From a virus, in the UHGV virus genome UHGV-1364979: a DNA stretch of 46,497 nucleotides. One strand, written 5' to 3'. The notes below the pieces were generated by a model. That model did not search any database and was not told where the DNA came from. It saw nothing but the letters and a program-made list of their open reading frames with translations. Below, one piece after another: positions 24,875 to 33,962 of the stretch. The position numbers and the translations under genes are program-made. Positions within the stretch are counted from its first letter, which is position 1. The number at the start of each line of letters is the position of its first letter.

Positions 24875-26275
24875 ATGATTGTCAAAATTGGCGACAAATG
24901 GGTCGTTAAATCTAAGGATGGCTCGCACCAGTTTGGCGAGTACGACACCGAAGAAGCGGCGAAAAAGCGCCTTGCTGAGGTGGAGGCATTCAAGCACATG
25001 AATAATAAATTACAGGTTAACATCCTGTATACCATCAACTCAGCCAGCAACATCAGTGAAAAAATCATTGATGGCGACCCGCACTATGTCATCAAGAATG
25101 TTGTGCCGGTGGTGGATGATATTGTCATGAACGGTGGCCTGTACCCTGGCGATGAGATAAAAAAATCATTTCATGGCCTTGACGGGAAACCGGCGCCGTA
25201 TGACCACCCGAAGATTGATGGCAAATACGTATCAGCCAACATGACACGGGCCGCCAATCAGTTCAGCGTTGGCGCATGGATTGAGAACTCATCTCATGAC
25301 GGCAGTAAGGCGCTGGTAGACCTTTACATCAATAAAGTGGTAGCTGAGCGCTCTGATAAAGGCAGGGAATTGCTGTCGCGCATTGACGGACTCAAAGTTA
25401 ACAGCGCCGATGCTGAACCTGTTCAGGTGTCTACCGGATTGCTACTTAACCGCGAGCAGGCATCAGGAACTTCCAAGGGTAAAAAATATTCCTGGATTGC
25501 CCGGAATATGGAATGGGATCACCTCGCTATTCTTCCGCCTGGCATTCCAGGTGCTGGCGGCCCTGCTGATGGTGTCGGTATCTTTGCTGCTAACGGCGAA
25601 GACATTGAGCGTGTTGTGGTTAACCTTGAGGAATCGGCAATGACCGACGAAAGTGCAAACAAAATCAAATGGTGGCAGCGCGCCATCAATCGCCTGACTG
25701 GCAATCAGCTATCATTCACCGATATTACTGAGCAGCTCCGCAATATCATCAAGGCCGAGACTCAGTCTGATGTATGGCCCTATATCGTCGCCGTTTATGA
25801 TAATTACTTCGGCGTTGAGATTGACGGCACCATTTATATGCAGTCCTACATCGTCCGTGAGGATATGGTAGAATTAGTCGGTGAACGGGTTAAGGCTGTT
25901 TATAAGACAGAGCTTGAACCGGTAAAAACAACTCAAGGGGAAATCTCAATGACTAACGAGGAAGTACAGGCTGCATTAGCCGATGCCCTCAAACCGGTTC
26001 AGGAATCGTTGACCGCAGTCAACCAGAAACTGGCCGATGTGGAGGCGCAAAACAAAACCCTGCGCGACCAGCTGCAAGCCAATGCCGCACAGGAAGAAAC
26101 CGCAATGCGCGCCGCCATTATGGCTGAGCTGAAGTTGCCGGAATCTGCTGTTAATGCGCTGACTGGCGAAGCACTGCGTGAAACCTATGCGCTCACCAGT
26201 AAAGCGGCTCCGATTTCCGGCGGGTTCCAGCCGAACCGTGCCGAAGAAGATTTTGATATGGAGGCACCTGAATAA
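24875..26275 (+). CDS. prohead protease / scaffolding protein (DUF2213-like protease core plus C-terminal coiled coil)
   Basis: The start was moved to MIVKIGDKW at 24875 (SD GGAGAAAGG). The C-terminal 120 aa are coiled coil and are followed directly by the capsid genes. Confidence 0.6.
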   Translation: MIVKIGDKWVVKSKDGSHQFGEYDTEEAAKKRLAEVEAFKHMNNKLQVNILYTINSASNISEKIIDGDPHYVIKNVVPVVDDIVMNGGLYPGDEIKKSFHGLDGKPAPYDHPKIDGKYVSANMTRAANQFSVGAWIENSSHDGSKALVDLYINKVVAERSDKGRELLSRIDGLKVNSADAEPVQVSTGLLLNREQASGTSKGKKYSWIARNMEWDHLAILPPGIPGAGGPADGVGIFAANGEDIERVVVNLEESAMTDESANKIKWWQRAINRLTGNQLSFTDITEQLRNIIKAETQSDVWPYIVAVYDNYFGVEIDGTIYMQSYIVREDMVELVGERVKAVYKTELEPVKTTQGEISMTNEEVQAALADALKPVQESLTAVNQKLADVEAQNKTLRDQLQANAAQEETAMRAAIMAELKLPESAVNALTGEALRETYALTSKAAPISGGFQPNRAEEDFDMEAPE

Positions 26276-26739
26276 TGGCTACTATCCGTTATGGCACCAT
26301 CATCGGCGGCCCGGCCCGCAAAAATGACCCGCAGTTGCGCGAAGGCCTGATGAACGTCGCCCTGCAACCGGGCGCACTGGTCGACTTCAACTCCTCTGAC
26401 AAAATCATCGCGCATGCGACTGCTGGCGGTCATGGTTTCCCTTATGTCCTGCAACACAACTACGTTGGCGGCGGAGACGTGAGCGAAGCTGTGCCGGCGA
26501 ATGCTACCGGCATGGCAGTACAATGCGAATTTGGCGTAACGTATCACGCTCTGGTTGCGGCATCATCCGCGCTGGTAAAAGGTACTCCGCTGGCAAGCAG
26601 TGGCTCCGGCGAGTTAAAAGTGGCTGGCACAGGTGATAAAATCCTGTTCTATGCGTATGAAGCCTACACCGTAGCATCTGATGGCGCTGAACTCGTTGCA
26701 GTTCGTCGTGCTGGCAATGCTGCAATGCCTGCGGCGTAA
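26275..26739 (+). CDS. putative head decoration / accessory capsid protein
   Basis: 154-aa Gly/Ala-rich protein between the protease/scaffold gene and the MCP gene. Assigned by position only. Confidence 0.35.
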   Translation: MATIRYGTIIGGPARKNDPQLREGLMNVALQPGALVDFNSSDKIIAHATAGGHGFPYVLQHNYVGGGDVSEAVPANATGMAVQCEFGVTYHALVAASSALVKGTPLASSGSGELKVAGTGDKILFYAYEAYTVASDGAELVAVRRAGNAAMPAA

Positions 26740-26750
26740 GGAGCCGAACA

Positions 26751-27839
26751 ATGGAAAAGATTATCTTTACGAAAGGCCTGATCACCAACTCGCAGGTGGT
26801 TAGAGAGCAGTGGCGCCATCTGACAGTTGACCGCAAGGTTTTCATCAATGGTGAAAACGCTCTGGCGAAAGAATACGGCGTAAACGCCACCGCACTGGTA
26901 ACGAAGGATTACTGGCGCGAAGTGGACGACGTTACCACCCGTGTATTCCGCAACGAGTCCGGCATGGACATGATGGCCGACCTGATGACGCTGGCGACCA
27001 ACATCAACATCGGCAAGACCGTGGCAGTTAGCCGCATGGCCTCTGATGCTGGCAAGGTTGTGCGCACCATCTCCGGTCAGGAGCCTGAAGACCTGGATAA
27101 AACCCGCTATTCCTACAGCGGCGATGTAATCCCGATCTTCAAAACCGGTTATGGCCGTGAGTGGCGTGAGCTGCTGGGTATGCAATCTGAAGGTTTCGAC
27201 CCACTGATTGATGACCAGGAAAACACCACCTTCAACCTGCGCGCAGACATGGCGGATTATCTGCTGGTAGGTGATGCAAGCCTGAACGTGAACGGCGTTT
27301 ATACTGCTTACGGCATCACCAACCACCCGAACACCGTGCAGCTTAACCTGAGCACCTCTGGCACTGATGCGCTGAACATCGACCTGCAAACTGCAACCCC
27401 TGATGAAATCGTTGAGTTCTTCAACCAGGATTTCCAGGCGGTTCTGGATGCGCAGAACGTGTTCGAGCCGGTTACTCTGTGGGTATCTCCGTCTGTTCGC
27501 CGTTCCTTCAGCCGCCCGTACTCCAACGCGGCAGGCTTCAAAGGCGGCACCATTGAGGATTATATCCTCGCATTCGGCAAAACCGGCAACGTTGGCCGCA
27601 TCGCGTCTATCGGCACCAACTTCAAGCTGACCGGGAACCATTTCGTCGGCTATGTGAAGAATGCGCTGTATATCCGCCCTCGCGTCGCTCAGCCGGTATC
27701 CACCTATGCAGAGCCGCGTACCACGCCTCATGCTAACTTTAACTTCCTGACCTGGGCTGCTATGGGCCTGCAAATCCGTAAGGATTTCAATGGTCGAAGC
27801 AAAGTTTTCAACGGCTACGGCACGCAAACCGCGCTGTAA
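26751..27839 (+). CDS. major capsid protein (HK97 fold)
   Basis: 362 aa, follows protease/scaffold, strong codon bias, and a terminator directly downstream. Confidence 0.8.
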   Translation: MEKIIFTKGLITNSQVVREQWRHLTVDRKVFINGENALAKEYGVNATALVTKDYWREVDDVTTRVFRNESGMDMMADLMTLATNINIGKTVAVSRMASDAGKVVRTISGQEPEDLDKTRYSYSGDVIPIFKTGYGREWRELLGMQSEGFDPLIDDQENTTFNLRADMADYLLVGDASLNVNGVYTAYGITNHPNTVQLNLSTSGTDALNIDLQTATPDEIVEFFNQDFQAVLDAQNVFEPVTLWVSPSVRRSFSRPYSNAAGFKGGTIEDYILAFGKTGNVGRIASIGTNFKLTGNHFVGYVKNALYIRPRVAQPVSTYAEPRTTPHANFNFLTWAAMGLQIRKDFNGRSKVFNGYGTQTAL

Positions 27840-27843
27840 AAAC

Positions 27844-27866
27844 AAAGGGGCGAATAGCCCCTTTTA
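27844..27866 (+). terminator. intrinsic terminator after the MCP gene
   Basis: AAAGGGGC gaata GCCCCTTTT. Confidence 0.8.
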
Positions 27867-27882
27867 ACCATCAGAGGTTATC

Positions 27883-28077
27883 ATGGCTAAATACGAAGTT
27901 ATCGCCAGCGGAATCTTCGTCAAGGATAAAGATGGTCGTCTGCGGGAGCTTGCCATTGGCGACGTCATTGACGAATCGACTCCGCACATTGAGTCAAAAC
28001 TTCGCCCGGTTAGTGAGAAAATTCTGGAAGTTGCAACTCCGCAAGAATCGCAGCCAAGGGCGAAGAAAACCAAGTAA
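27883..28077 (+). CDS. hypothetical 64-aa protein bracketed by two terminators
   Basis: ORF with an SD. Confidence 0.45.
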   Translation: MAKYEVIASGIFVKDKDGRLRELAIGDVIDESTPHIESKLRPVSEKILEVATPQESQPRAKKTK

Positions 28078-28082
28078 AATAA

Positions 28083-28106
28083 ACCCGCAAACAAGCGGGT
28101 TTTTTA
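28083..28106 (+). terminator. intrinsic terminator
   Basis: ACCCGC aaacaa GCGGGT then TTTTTT. Confidence 0.8.
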
Positions 28107-28118
28107 TTGGGGGTTATC

Positions 28119-28937
28119 ATGGCTGTCAGGTACGAAATAAACACAACTCCGGCTGACGGAGAGGTTTTGCTTAGTGAAACCATGTCAGCAGACTGGACTG
28201 CATTGCAGGTGCAGATTGTGCCATTAAACTCTTCCGGCGGTCACGCACCATTAACAAGCGGATCTGTTTCCGTAATGGTGTCGCCGTTTGCATCTGGTGA
28301 CTTCTGGATTGATGTCAACAATAATAATTATTATGGCGTTGCTCTGCGACTGAAGGTGATCAAGTCGCAGCTCCCTGCTGGCGTTGCATCTCTGAAAGTC
28401 CTGGTATGGCGAGCTGATACCTCAGTGCCATCAAGTCAGGTTGTCGCTCAGTCCTACTCGGAGCTTGCCAACAAGCAAGGGAAGTTATTCACCGCATCGC
28501 GTCGCGTGACTGATGTTGCTGGCGGGGCTAACCTTGACAGCATTTTTATTACCGGCTCAAAACAGGTTGTGTTTAATCAGCGGATTATCGGCTATACCGG
28601 CAAAGGTGTGATTGCGTCAATTTACCGTGGGGCTGTAGCCACTGGCGGCACCGCGGCGGAGATTAATAACCCAAATGATGTTGCTCCGCATACTGCAACG
28701 GCACAGCTTCTGACTGGCTCTACTGTGACAAGTATCGGGCAGCTGACGGTGGCTGCGACGTATAGTGAAGGGAACGCATCAAACCAGGGGCAGGGTAATT
28801 CACAGGCAAAACTTGGTGAGCAGGTCATCATGGCGCCTAATACCACCTATCTGTTGCGCATTACGTCACTGGATACTGCGGCACAAAATATCAATGCTTA
28901 CGTTTCGTGGTTTGAGGATGACGCTTATCTTCCGTGA
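28119..28937 (+). CDS. virion structural protein (Ig-like / surface-exposed, Thr/Ser/Gly-rich)
   Basis: 272 aa. ATG at 28119 with SD GGGGG. Confidence 0.4.
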   Translation: MAVRYEINTTPADGEVLLSETMSADWTALQVQIVPLNSSGGHAPLTSGSVSVMVSPFASGDFWIDVNNNNYYGVALRLKVIKSQLPAGVASLKVLVWRADTSVPSSQVVAQSYSELANKQGKLFTASRRVTDVAGGANLDSIFITGSKQVVFNQRIIGYTGKGVIASIYRGAVATGGTAAEINNPNDVAPHTATAQLLTGSTVTSIGQLTVAATYSEGNASNQGQGNSQAKLGEQVIMAPNTTYLLRITSLDTAAQNINAYVSWFEDDAYLP

Positions 28938-28943
28938 TAAAAG

Positions 28944-28968
28944 AAAAGCCCCGAAAGGGGCTTATTTG
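28944..28968. terminator. bidirectional terminator
   Basis: AAGCCCC gaaa GGGGCTT, flanked by an A-run and a T-run. Confidence 0.75.
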
Positions 28969-29138
28969 CGCTTATTCTTCAAATGATGCTGCCTGGCGAT
29001 ATAAAGAAGTTCGTCGAACACCTTTCCGGTCATGTTGCGACACTGCCTGTACTGCATCAGTGCCGCATCAATCGCGCCCTGTTCAATATCCGGGATTTTC
29101 GCCCGGATGTTTTTGGCTATGAAGTCTTCGGGGGTCAT
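28962..29138 (-). CDS. hypothetical 58-aa protein (MTPEDFIAKNIRAKIPDIEQG...)
   Basis: Not in the ORF track. Last gene of the island. Confidence 0.35.
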   Translation of the reverse strand: MTPEDFIAKNIRAKIPDIEQGAIDAALMQYRQCRNMTGKVFDELLYIARQHHLKNKRK

Positions 29139-29143
29139 AATTG

Positions 29144-29401
29144 TTAGCCTTCATCATTAATGCTATGCAGTTTTCCACCGCAGAATGGGCAGAAGTTCAG
29201 GATTACAGGGCTGCCATTTCCTGACTGGTATGTAATTTTTTGCCCAAGAGATTCTCCAGTTGAAATCAACACAGAATGACCAGCAACCAGACCTTTGGTT
29301 TTTTTGTTGGACACATATTGAAGATATTCAGCCAGGTGCGCGCAGATGTTAGTAGCATAACGCTTCCCTTGGCTTGCGCATGGAATTAATTTATTTGTCA
29401 T
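29144..29401 (-). CDS. zinc-ribbon protein (N-terminal CxxxC...C..H, C-terminal CPFCGG)
   Basis: 85 aa. TGATG overlap with the parB-like gene. Confidence 0.45.
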   Translation of the reverse strand: MTNKLIPCASQGKRYATNICAHLAEYLQYVSNKKTKGLVAGHSVLISTGESLGQKITYQSGNGSPVILNFCPFCGGKLHSINDEG

Positions 29402-30216
29402 CACAGCTTCTCCAGAATCGCCAGCACTTCATTCAACTCCGCAGAAGGAAGGCGCAAAAATTCTTCTGTCTCCTGTGCTACATGGCCCTCAGCAACCACC
29501 ATATGATCTGCTTCTTTCAGCAACTGAATCAGGCGGTCAATCGGCTTAACTTTTTTGGCCTTGAGCGTTTTCGCAGTCACCTTATCCTTGCCCTGCGCTT
29601 TCGCTTCCTCAACAGCAGCATCAATAACGTTAACGGCATCATCGCCATGCTCACGCGCCACCGCAACGGCGTTGGCATAGCTGATTTGGCCTGCATTGAT
29701 GCGTTGCTTGATCGCATCAGGTACATGAACAAGTGACAGGTGCATCTGCACATCAGAAACTGAGCGACCTACTTTTTTGGCGATTTCTTCATTCGTCCAT
29801 CCGAACCCTTTCAGGCGCACATAAGCCTTTGCACGCTCAAGCGGGTCAAGCTGCTTGCCCTGACTGGATGACACCATGAAGGCGATTTTATCCGCTTCAT
29901 CGCCGGTGAAGTCTTTGCACTCAATGCGCACAATTGGCACGCCGCGCTCAATGGCACGCAATGCGCCAAGGTAACGATGCTGACCGTCAAGAATCTTGAT
30001 GCGCTTTCCGTCAGCATCAGGAATAACAGTTAACGCCGGGATTGGCTGGCCTGATTCCCAGCACTGCGCGAAGTATTCAACGTGCTGCTCATCGGCTTCG
30101 CGGATGTTGTATCCCGGTTCAAGATAAAGCTGGTCGACAGGAACCTGATAACCTTTGTTGACCACGATTCCGCCGCGAGTTTCTTTGTCTGAGTAAATTT
30201 TTCCGAGAGATGTCAT
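29401..30216 (-). CDS. ParB/Srx-like nuclease domain protein with C-terminal helical/HTH region
   Basis: ILDGQHRYLGALRAIE matches the ParB N-terminal domain motif. Start MTSLGKIY at 30216 with SD GAGGAAAAA. Confidence 0.65.
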   Translation of the reverse strand: MTSLGKIYSDKETRGGIVVNKGYQVPVDQLYLEPGYNIREADEQHVEYFAQCWESGQPIPALTVIPDADGKRIKILDGQHRYLGALRAIERGVPIVRIECKDFTGDEADKIAFMVSSSQGKQLDPLERAKAYVRLKGFGWTNEEIAKKVGRSVSDVQMHLSLVHVPDAIKQRINAGQISYANAVAVAREHGDDAVNVIDAAVEEAKAQGKDKVTAKTLKAKKVKPIDRLIQLLKEADHMVVAEGHVAQETEEFLRLPSAELNEVLAILEKL

Positions 30217-30223
30217 TTTTTCC

Positions 30224-30340
30224 TCACTTTGATAAACAGATTGCGCTGGCAATGGCGAATCCGATAACTATTAATGCCAGCTTGATTTTGAACTTATCCC
30301 ACGCCTTCAGATCTTCTTTGCGGATTTCGTGGCGAATCAT
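30224..30340 (-). CDS. 38-aa membrane peptide (MIRHEIRKEDLKAWDKFKIKLALIVIGFAIASAICLSK)
   Basis: ATGA-coupled to the Ead-like gene. Not in the ORF track. Confidence 0.3.
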   Translation of the reverse strand: MIRHEIRKEDLKAWDKFKIKLALIVIGFAIASAICLSK

Positions 30341-30627
30341 TGTGATTCTCCTAGCGCTTTGGCGATTGCAGAGGCCATCTTTTCTTTAAGGTCTGGTTTT
30401 TGTTGTGATAACCAATGCCCGATTTCATCGAGTGTTGTAGTCAATGCTTCCAGCAACTCCGGCGCAGCGGCTATGAGATTGGCATCTTCGCGCTGATAAA
30501 CAGTGTCGCAAACGCATTCACCATCCTCGCCAAAAATAACTTCTAGATGGGTTAATGATTTATTATTCCAGTGCTGGCCTATTTCATTAACTGACCACGG
30601 CCCCGGCGTACCTTTAAAACCTTTCAT
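30337..30627 (-). CDS. Ead/Ea22-like family protein
   Basis: EDANLIAAAPELLEALTTTLDEI matches the conserved C-terminal Ead/Ea22 motif of lambdoid accessory proteins. Confidence 0.55.
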   Translation of the reverse strand: MKGFKGTPGPWSVNEIGQHWNNKSLTHLEVIFGEDGECVCDTVYQREDANLIAAAPELLEALTTTLDEIGHWLSQQKPDLKEKMASAIAKALGESQ

Positions 30628-30667
30628 ATTCATCACCTCTAACATTTATTGTTGTTTCTACGTCATC

Positions 30668-30696
30668 ACTATAGCGACACCCTCAATCTACGTCAA
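30668..30696 (-). promoter_or_regulatory. sigma70-type promoter TTGACGTAGATTGAG-N-TATAGT (same architecture as 8138-8166)
   Basis: -35 at 30696-30691, 17-nt spacer, -10 TATAGT at 30673-30668. A second degenerate copy GATGACGTAGAAAC lies downstream. Confidence 0.7.
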
Positions 30697-30857
30697 CACT
30701 TTATGATAAAATTAAACCAACAACACTCACCCCGAGCTGTTCCGTCCTGAAAAACGTAAGGCGGCGAAATTGGATATAGCAATCGGCGTTATCGTCATAG
30801 CGTTTTCGCTGGTTCAGGTGTACAGATGCTGGAGGTTCATCATTCGGAGAATAATTA

Positions 30858-31145
30858 ATGAGAGACGCGCTTCAGCACGCCGCAAACAAGATAATTAGTG
30901 GCACCGTCGGACAGGTAATCGACAAAGCCGGTTATACGTCCATTGGTACTGGCCTCGGCCTGAAGGTGGCAGAGCAGACGCCAGTAGCGCAATCATACAT
31001 TGCCTCAATGATCCCCCATTCGATTACCGAGTGGGCAGCGGTAGCCTCTATACTTGGCGCGCTGTCACTGGTGGCAAAAAACCTTTTTGAGATGTGGTGG
31101 AAGATTCGGGAGAGCAAAAAGAATGGCAGCACCGACAGCAAGTGA
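30858..31145 (+). CDS. small membrane protein (one C-terminal TMD)
   Basis: AAVASILGALSLVAKNLF is a hydrophobic helix. First gene after a roughly 150-nt leader. Confidence 0.4.
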   Translation: MRDALQHAANKIISGTVGQVIDKAGYTSIGTGLGLKVAEQTPVAQSYIASMIPHSITEWAAVASILGALSLVAKNLFEMWWKIRESKKNGSTDSK

Positions 31146-31515
31146 ACTTGTCGCCGCCATGGCGTCAAGAGGCGTAACTATCACCACGGCAGACGCAACG
31201 GGCATCCTGTGTCTGGTGGCGAGCATCACAGAGTGCCTTGAGCTTAATTACCCCGAGGACACATGCAGGCAGGATGCAATTCTGCTATGGGCATCTATCC
31301 TGATCGCCTCAAATACAGCCGGAAGATACATCACCAGCCACCGGGCGCCATCTGGTGCGTCGCAGTCATTTGGCTATGGCAGCAAGCCGTGGATGGCCCT
31401 TTACAATCAGATGAAACTACTCGACACGGCAAATTGCACAGGCGACCTTGTGGAAGAGCCTGATGGGTCAGCAAAGCCGTGGTTTCGGGTTGTTACCGGG
31501 AGTAAGTGCACATGA
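31123..31515 (+). CDS. head-tail connector / adaptor protein (gp6-like, putative)
   Basis: 130 aa at the head of the connector gene set. Assigned by position. Confidence 0.4.
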   Translation: MAAPTASELVAAMASRGVTITTADATGILCLVASITECLELNYPEDTCRQDAILLWASILIASNTAGRYITSHRAPSGASQSFGYGSKPWMALYNQMKLLDTANCTGDLVEEPDGSAKPWFRVVTGSKCT

Positions 31516-31646
31516 AAACGTCAACATTAACTGTAAATATCGCAATCCGTAAATGGTGCATTCCGCTGCTGGTTGTTCTGGTATTGCTGCGCCTTCCGGT
31601 TCCGCGCTGGATTTATACTCTTGAGGCTGCGCCATGTCAGCAATAG
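31512..31646 (+). CDS. 44-aa hydrophobic peptide
   Basis: ATGA-coupled ORF. Not in the ORF track. Confidence 0.2.
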   Translation: MKTSTLTVNIAIRKWCIPLLVVLVLLRLPVPRWIYTLEAAPCQQ

Positions 31647-31978
31647 CCAGATGGACTTACACATATCCATGCACAATCTGGCGGCTTACTGGCAAGGATA
31701 AGTATGGCAAGCCAACATTCGCCGCGCCAGAGTCCATCATGTGTGATTATGGCTTCGATAAGAATCTGACCACCGGAACAGCTGGCAATGAGATTGCACA
31801 GAAAAACACATTCTGGACGGAATATCAGGATGCGTCTGTTGGCGACTTCATCATGCTTGGCACTATCACCAGCGCTGACCCCTTGTCTGCCGGAGCTGAC
31901 CAGATTAGAAACGTTGTGAATTACGGCAATACGTTAGACCGCAATGACCTGCCTGATTTTGCGCTGGTAACGGGGTAA
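31634..31978 (+). CDS. head-tail joining (head closure) protein, putative
   Basis: 114 aa in the connector block. Confidence 0.45.
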   Translation: MSAIARWTYTYPCTIWRLTGKDKYGKPTFAAPESIMCDYGFDKNLTTGTAGNEIAQKNTFWTEYQDASVGDFIMLGTITSADPLSAGADQIRNVVNYGNTLDRNDLPDFALVTG

Positions 31979-31981
31979 TGT

Positions 31982-32398
31982 ATGGCCGCCAAAATGAGAG
32001 GTATCCAGCAGGCTATTAAGCGCACTCAGCAGATAGTCGGTGAGATTACTGGTGAGAAGGCGGTATCAGCAATAAAAGCCGCCAACTACATCATCAGGAC
32101 TGAATCGGCCTCCATGACGCCAATAGCCACATCAAAGCTGATAAACAGCCAGTATGATACTGTTGAGGTTAATGGCACTCGCATAACTGGCAAGATTGGG
32201 TATACTGCTAATTACGCCCTGTATGTCCATAATGCACCTGGTACGCTGCTGGGTACGAATACGCCGCGCACCGGGCGGCTCAAAGGAAAGGGCAACGTAT
32301 GGGATAAGAGCGGTGAGCCTAAATTCCTTCTCAAGGCTGGCGAAAATACACGCGAGCTTGTCGATCAGGTAATTAAAAAAGAGATGACGCTAAAATGA
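31982..32398 (+). CDS. HK97 gp10-like neck / tail-completion protein, putative
   Basis: 138 aa. Assigned by position and size. Confidence 0.45.
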   Translation: MAAKMRGIQQAIKRTQQIVGEITGEKAVSAIKAANYIIRTESASMTPIATSKLINSQYDTVEVNGTRITGKIGYTANYALYVHNAPGTLLGTNTPRTGRLKGKGNVWDKSGEPKFLLKAGENTRELVDQVIKKEMTLK

Positions 32399-32778
32399 GA
32401 GATATGCTTGAGCTTGTTGACCAGTACCTTAGCGATGCCGGCCTTTATGATGGGTGGACTTCTCAGCTTGAGTTCTGGAACGATACCGAAGTTGGCACAG
32501 ACCGGTTTATGGTGCTGCAATCCAATGGCGGGACGAACGTAAGCAAAGGACTCGGCGGCGATTACTATTTTTCGCTCTATGTTGTCGGCCAGCAGGGTCA
32601 GTACAACATCGAGGAAACAAAAGTAAAAGCGCTTGATGTCATCTCATATATCAAAGAGCATCCAGTTGATAGCTGCATTGGTATGATTCAGCTACAGGCG
32701 CCGCTTGGTCGTCCAACACTCACTACAGAGCAGAGGCCGGTTTATGAATTGTTGCTGAGGGTTGTTTTTGGTGAGTAA
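32395..32778 (+). CDS. tail terminator protein, putative
   Basis: 127 aa, last of the connector set. ATGA overlap. Confidence 0.45.
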   Translation: MRDMLELVDQYLSDAGLYDGWTSQLEFWNDTEVGTDRFMVLQSNGGTNVSKGLGGDYYFSLYVVGQQGQYNIEETKVKALDVISYIKEHPVDSCIGMIQLQAPLGRPTLTTEQRPVYELLLRVVFGE

Positions 32779-32855
32779 TGGCTCCCGCGACAGGATTCGA
32801 ACCTGTAATCATCCGATTATGAGTCGGGTGCTTTAACCAGTTAAGCTAAACGGGA
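32779..32855 (-). tRNA. tRNA-Met (anticodon CAT; could be Ile2 if lysidinylated)
   Basis: Hand-folded 77-nt cloverleaf: 6/7-bp acceptor stem, D stem GCTT/AAGC, anticodon loop CTCATAA, T arm ACAGG-TTCGAAT-CCTGT, encoded CCA. Two mismatches (7:66 and 27:43). Confidence 0.75.
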
Positions 32856-33686
32856 ATTTGGTGCGCCGCTTCAACCGTGAATCTGGTGCCAGAATAACCT
32901 ATCTAAGATAGTTTATTTAGCATTGCAGTTCAGAGGATATCAGTTCGACGACTTTAGGGTGATCAGCCCATTTCATATGTATTGTTGTGGCCATGGTGCC
33001 TCCATGTTGCTGGTCGGTAAATCCAGCAGGCATAACAATTCACCAGTGTATCTCTACCTTGCCGCGTGCGCATAGCCGCATTACCACAACGATAAGAGCA
33101 CTGCACTTTGCTTCGTACTCCGTGGCAATCAAGTCCACCATGTAAACCTGCAATGCTCTTACCTGTTGTGTGTTGTGACTACTAACCCCGGAACTCATTA
33201 CCGCTCTTTGGCTCGACCTTTTTACAGGTTAGTGAGTGTTTTTCATCCGCTTGCACTCATTTTATTTGTTTTCGTCACAACGGAAATGGCACTTTCATCG
33301 CTGCAACATGACGGTAAATCGGATTCACTGCATCACGTACAAAATGCCATTTCCTGTTGTATGCCCTGACTTATTAATCACATCTCAGGGCCGCAATGCG
33401 CCGAATTCATTGACAAGGAATCGGAAGAACTTGCTGGTGTTTAGCCGTTAGGCTACTGCCAGATACATTTCTTCGTTTGCATTTATCTTTGTGGTCAGTT
33501 TCTAAAAACCCGCAAAGTCGCACCGAAAAATATCGGAAAGAGCACTCATTGCATCGACCAAACAGAATCGTCTTTTCGATTATGACTCTACTTTGACGGT
33601 TGCTCTGCTGCGCTAACCCAATGCCCTTACATGATAGTTGCCGGTTACGCGTCCGGCGTCTTTCGACCGCTAATTCGATCACTTCT

Positions 33687-33863
33687 TCAATTTTGCGTTG
33701 TAATGTCGCTACACCATGACCCTTTATCATGTGCGCCTGCGCATTTTAGCGCTTCGCCGGTATTCATTTTGAGTGATTCAGTTTCAATGTATGATTCACT
33801 CTTGCCTGGACTTACCTCAACGCTAAGGATTACCAGTAGCGACATTATAATTAACTCAACCAA
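33687..33863 (-). CDS. 58-aa hydrophobic N-terminus protein (TTG start after AGGAGG)
   Basis: SD AGGAGG at 33874-33869, 5-nt spacer, TTG at 33863. It lies downstream of the minus promoter at 33917-33889. Confidence 0.3.
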   Translation of the reverse strand: MVELIIMSLLVILSVEVSPGKSESYIETESLKMNTGEALKCAGAHDKGSWCSDITTQN

Positions 33864-33888
33864 GTTAACCTCCTGTGCTGTTGATTTA

Positions 33889-33917
33889 AATCTACACCAC
33901 CAATCAAAACCTGTCAA
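33889..33917 (-). promoter_or_regulatory. promoter TTGACA-N17-TAGATT reading leftward toward the tRNA
   Basis: -35 at 33917-33912 and -10 at 33894-33889. Confidence 0.6.
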
Positions 33918-33928
33918 CATGATATAAT
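33910..33928 (+). promoter_or_regulatory. rightward promoter CCTGTCAAca-TGaTATAAT (extended -10) for the major tail gene
   Basis: Perfect TGnTATAAT at 33920-33928. Same CCTGTCAA element as at 36076. Confidence 0.6.
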
Positions 33929-33962
33929 GCGATTGTTTGGCTAAACACAGAGGATTCTAAAC

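Noticed and set aside
26664-27845. 393-aa ORF antisense to the major capsid gene
   Set aside because: It lies wholly inside and opposite a gene with strong capsid features. A long antisense ORF is expected by chance in GC-rich, low-stop coding DNA. It has no SD or promoter.
30858-31145. Calling this membrane protein the holin
   Set aside because: It has a single C-terminal hydrophobic helix and lies far from the endolysin and spanins. The two-TMD ORF at 19669..19914 is better placed. It was left as a small membrane protein.
32779-32855. tRNA as a marker of a prophage integration site (attP/attB)
   Set aside because: No integrase, excisionase or repressor gene is present. The genome closes on itself through ssb. 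The tRNA is a phage-borne gene, not an att site.
32856-33690. A second degenerate tRNA or pseudo-tRNA next to tRNA-Met (segment GGTTGAAGCGGCGCACCA)
   Set aside because: It ends in CACCA like a tRNA 3' end, but no complementary acceptor or T-stem partner could be folded. It was treated as unstructured leader unless covariance search says otherwise.
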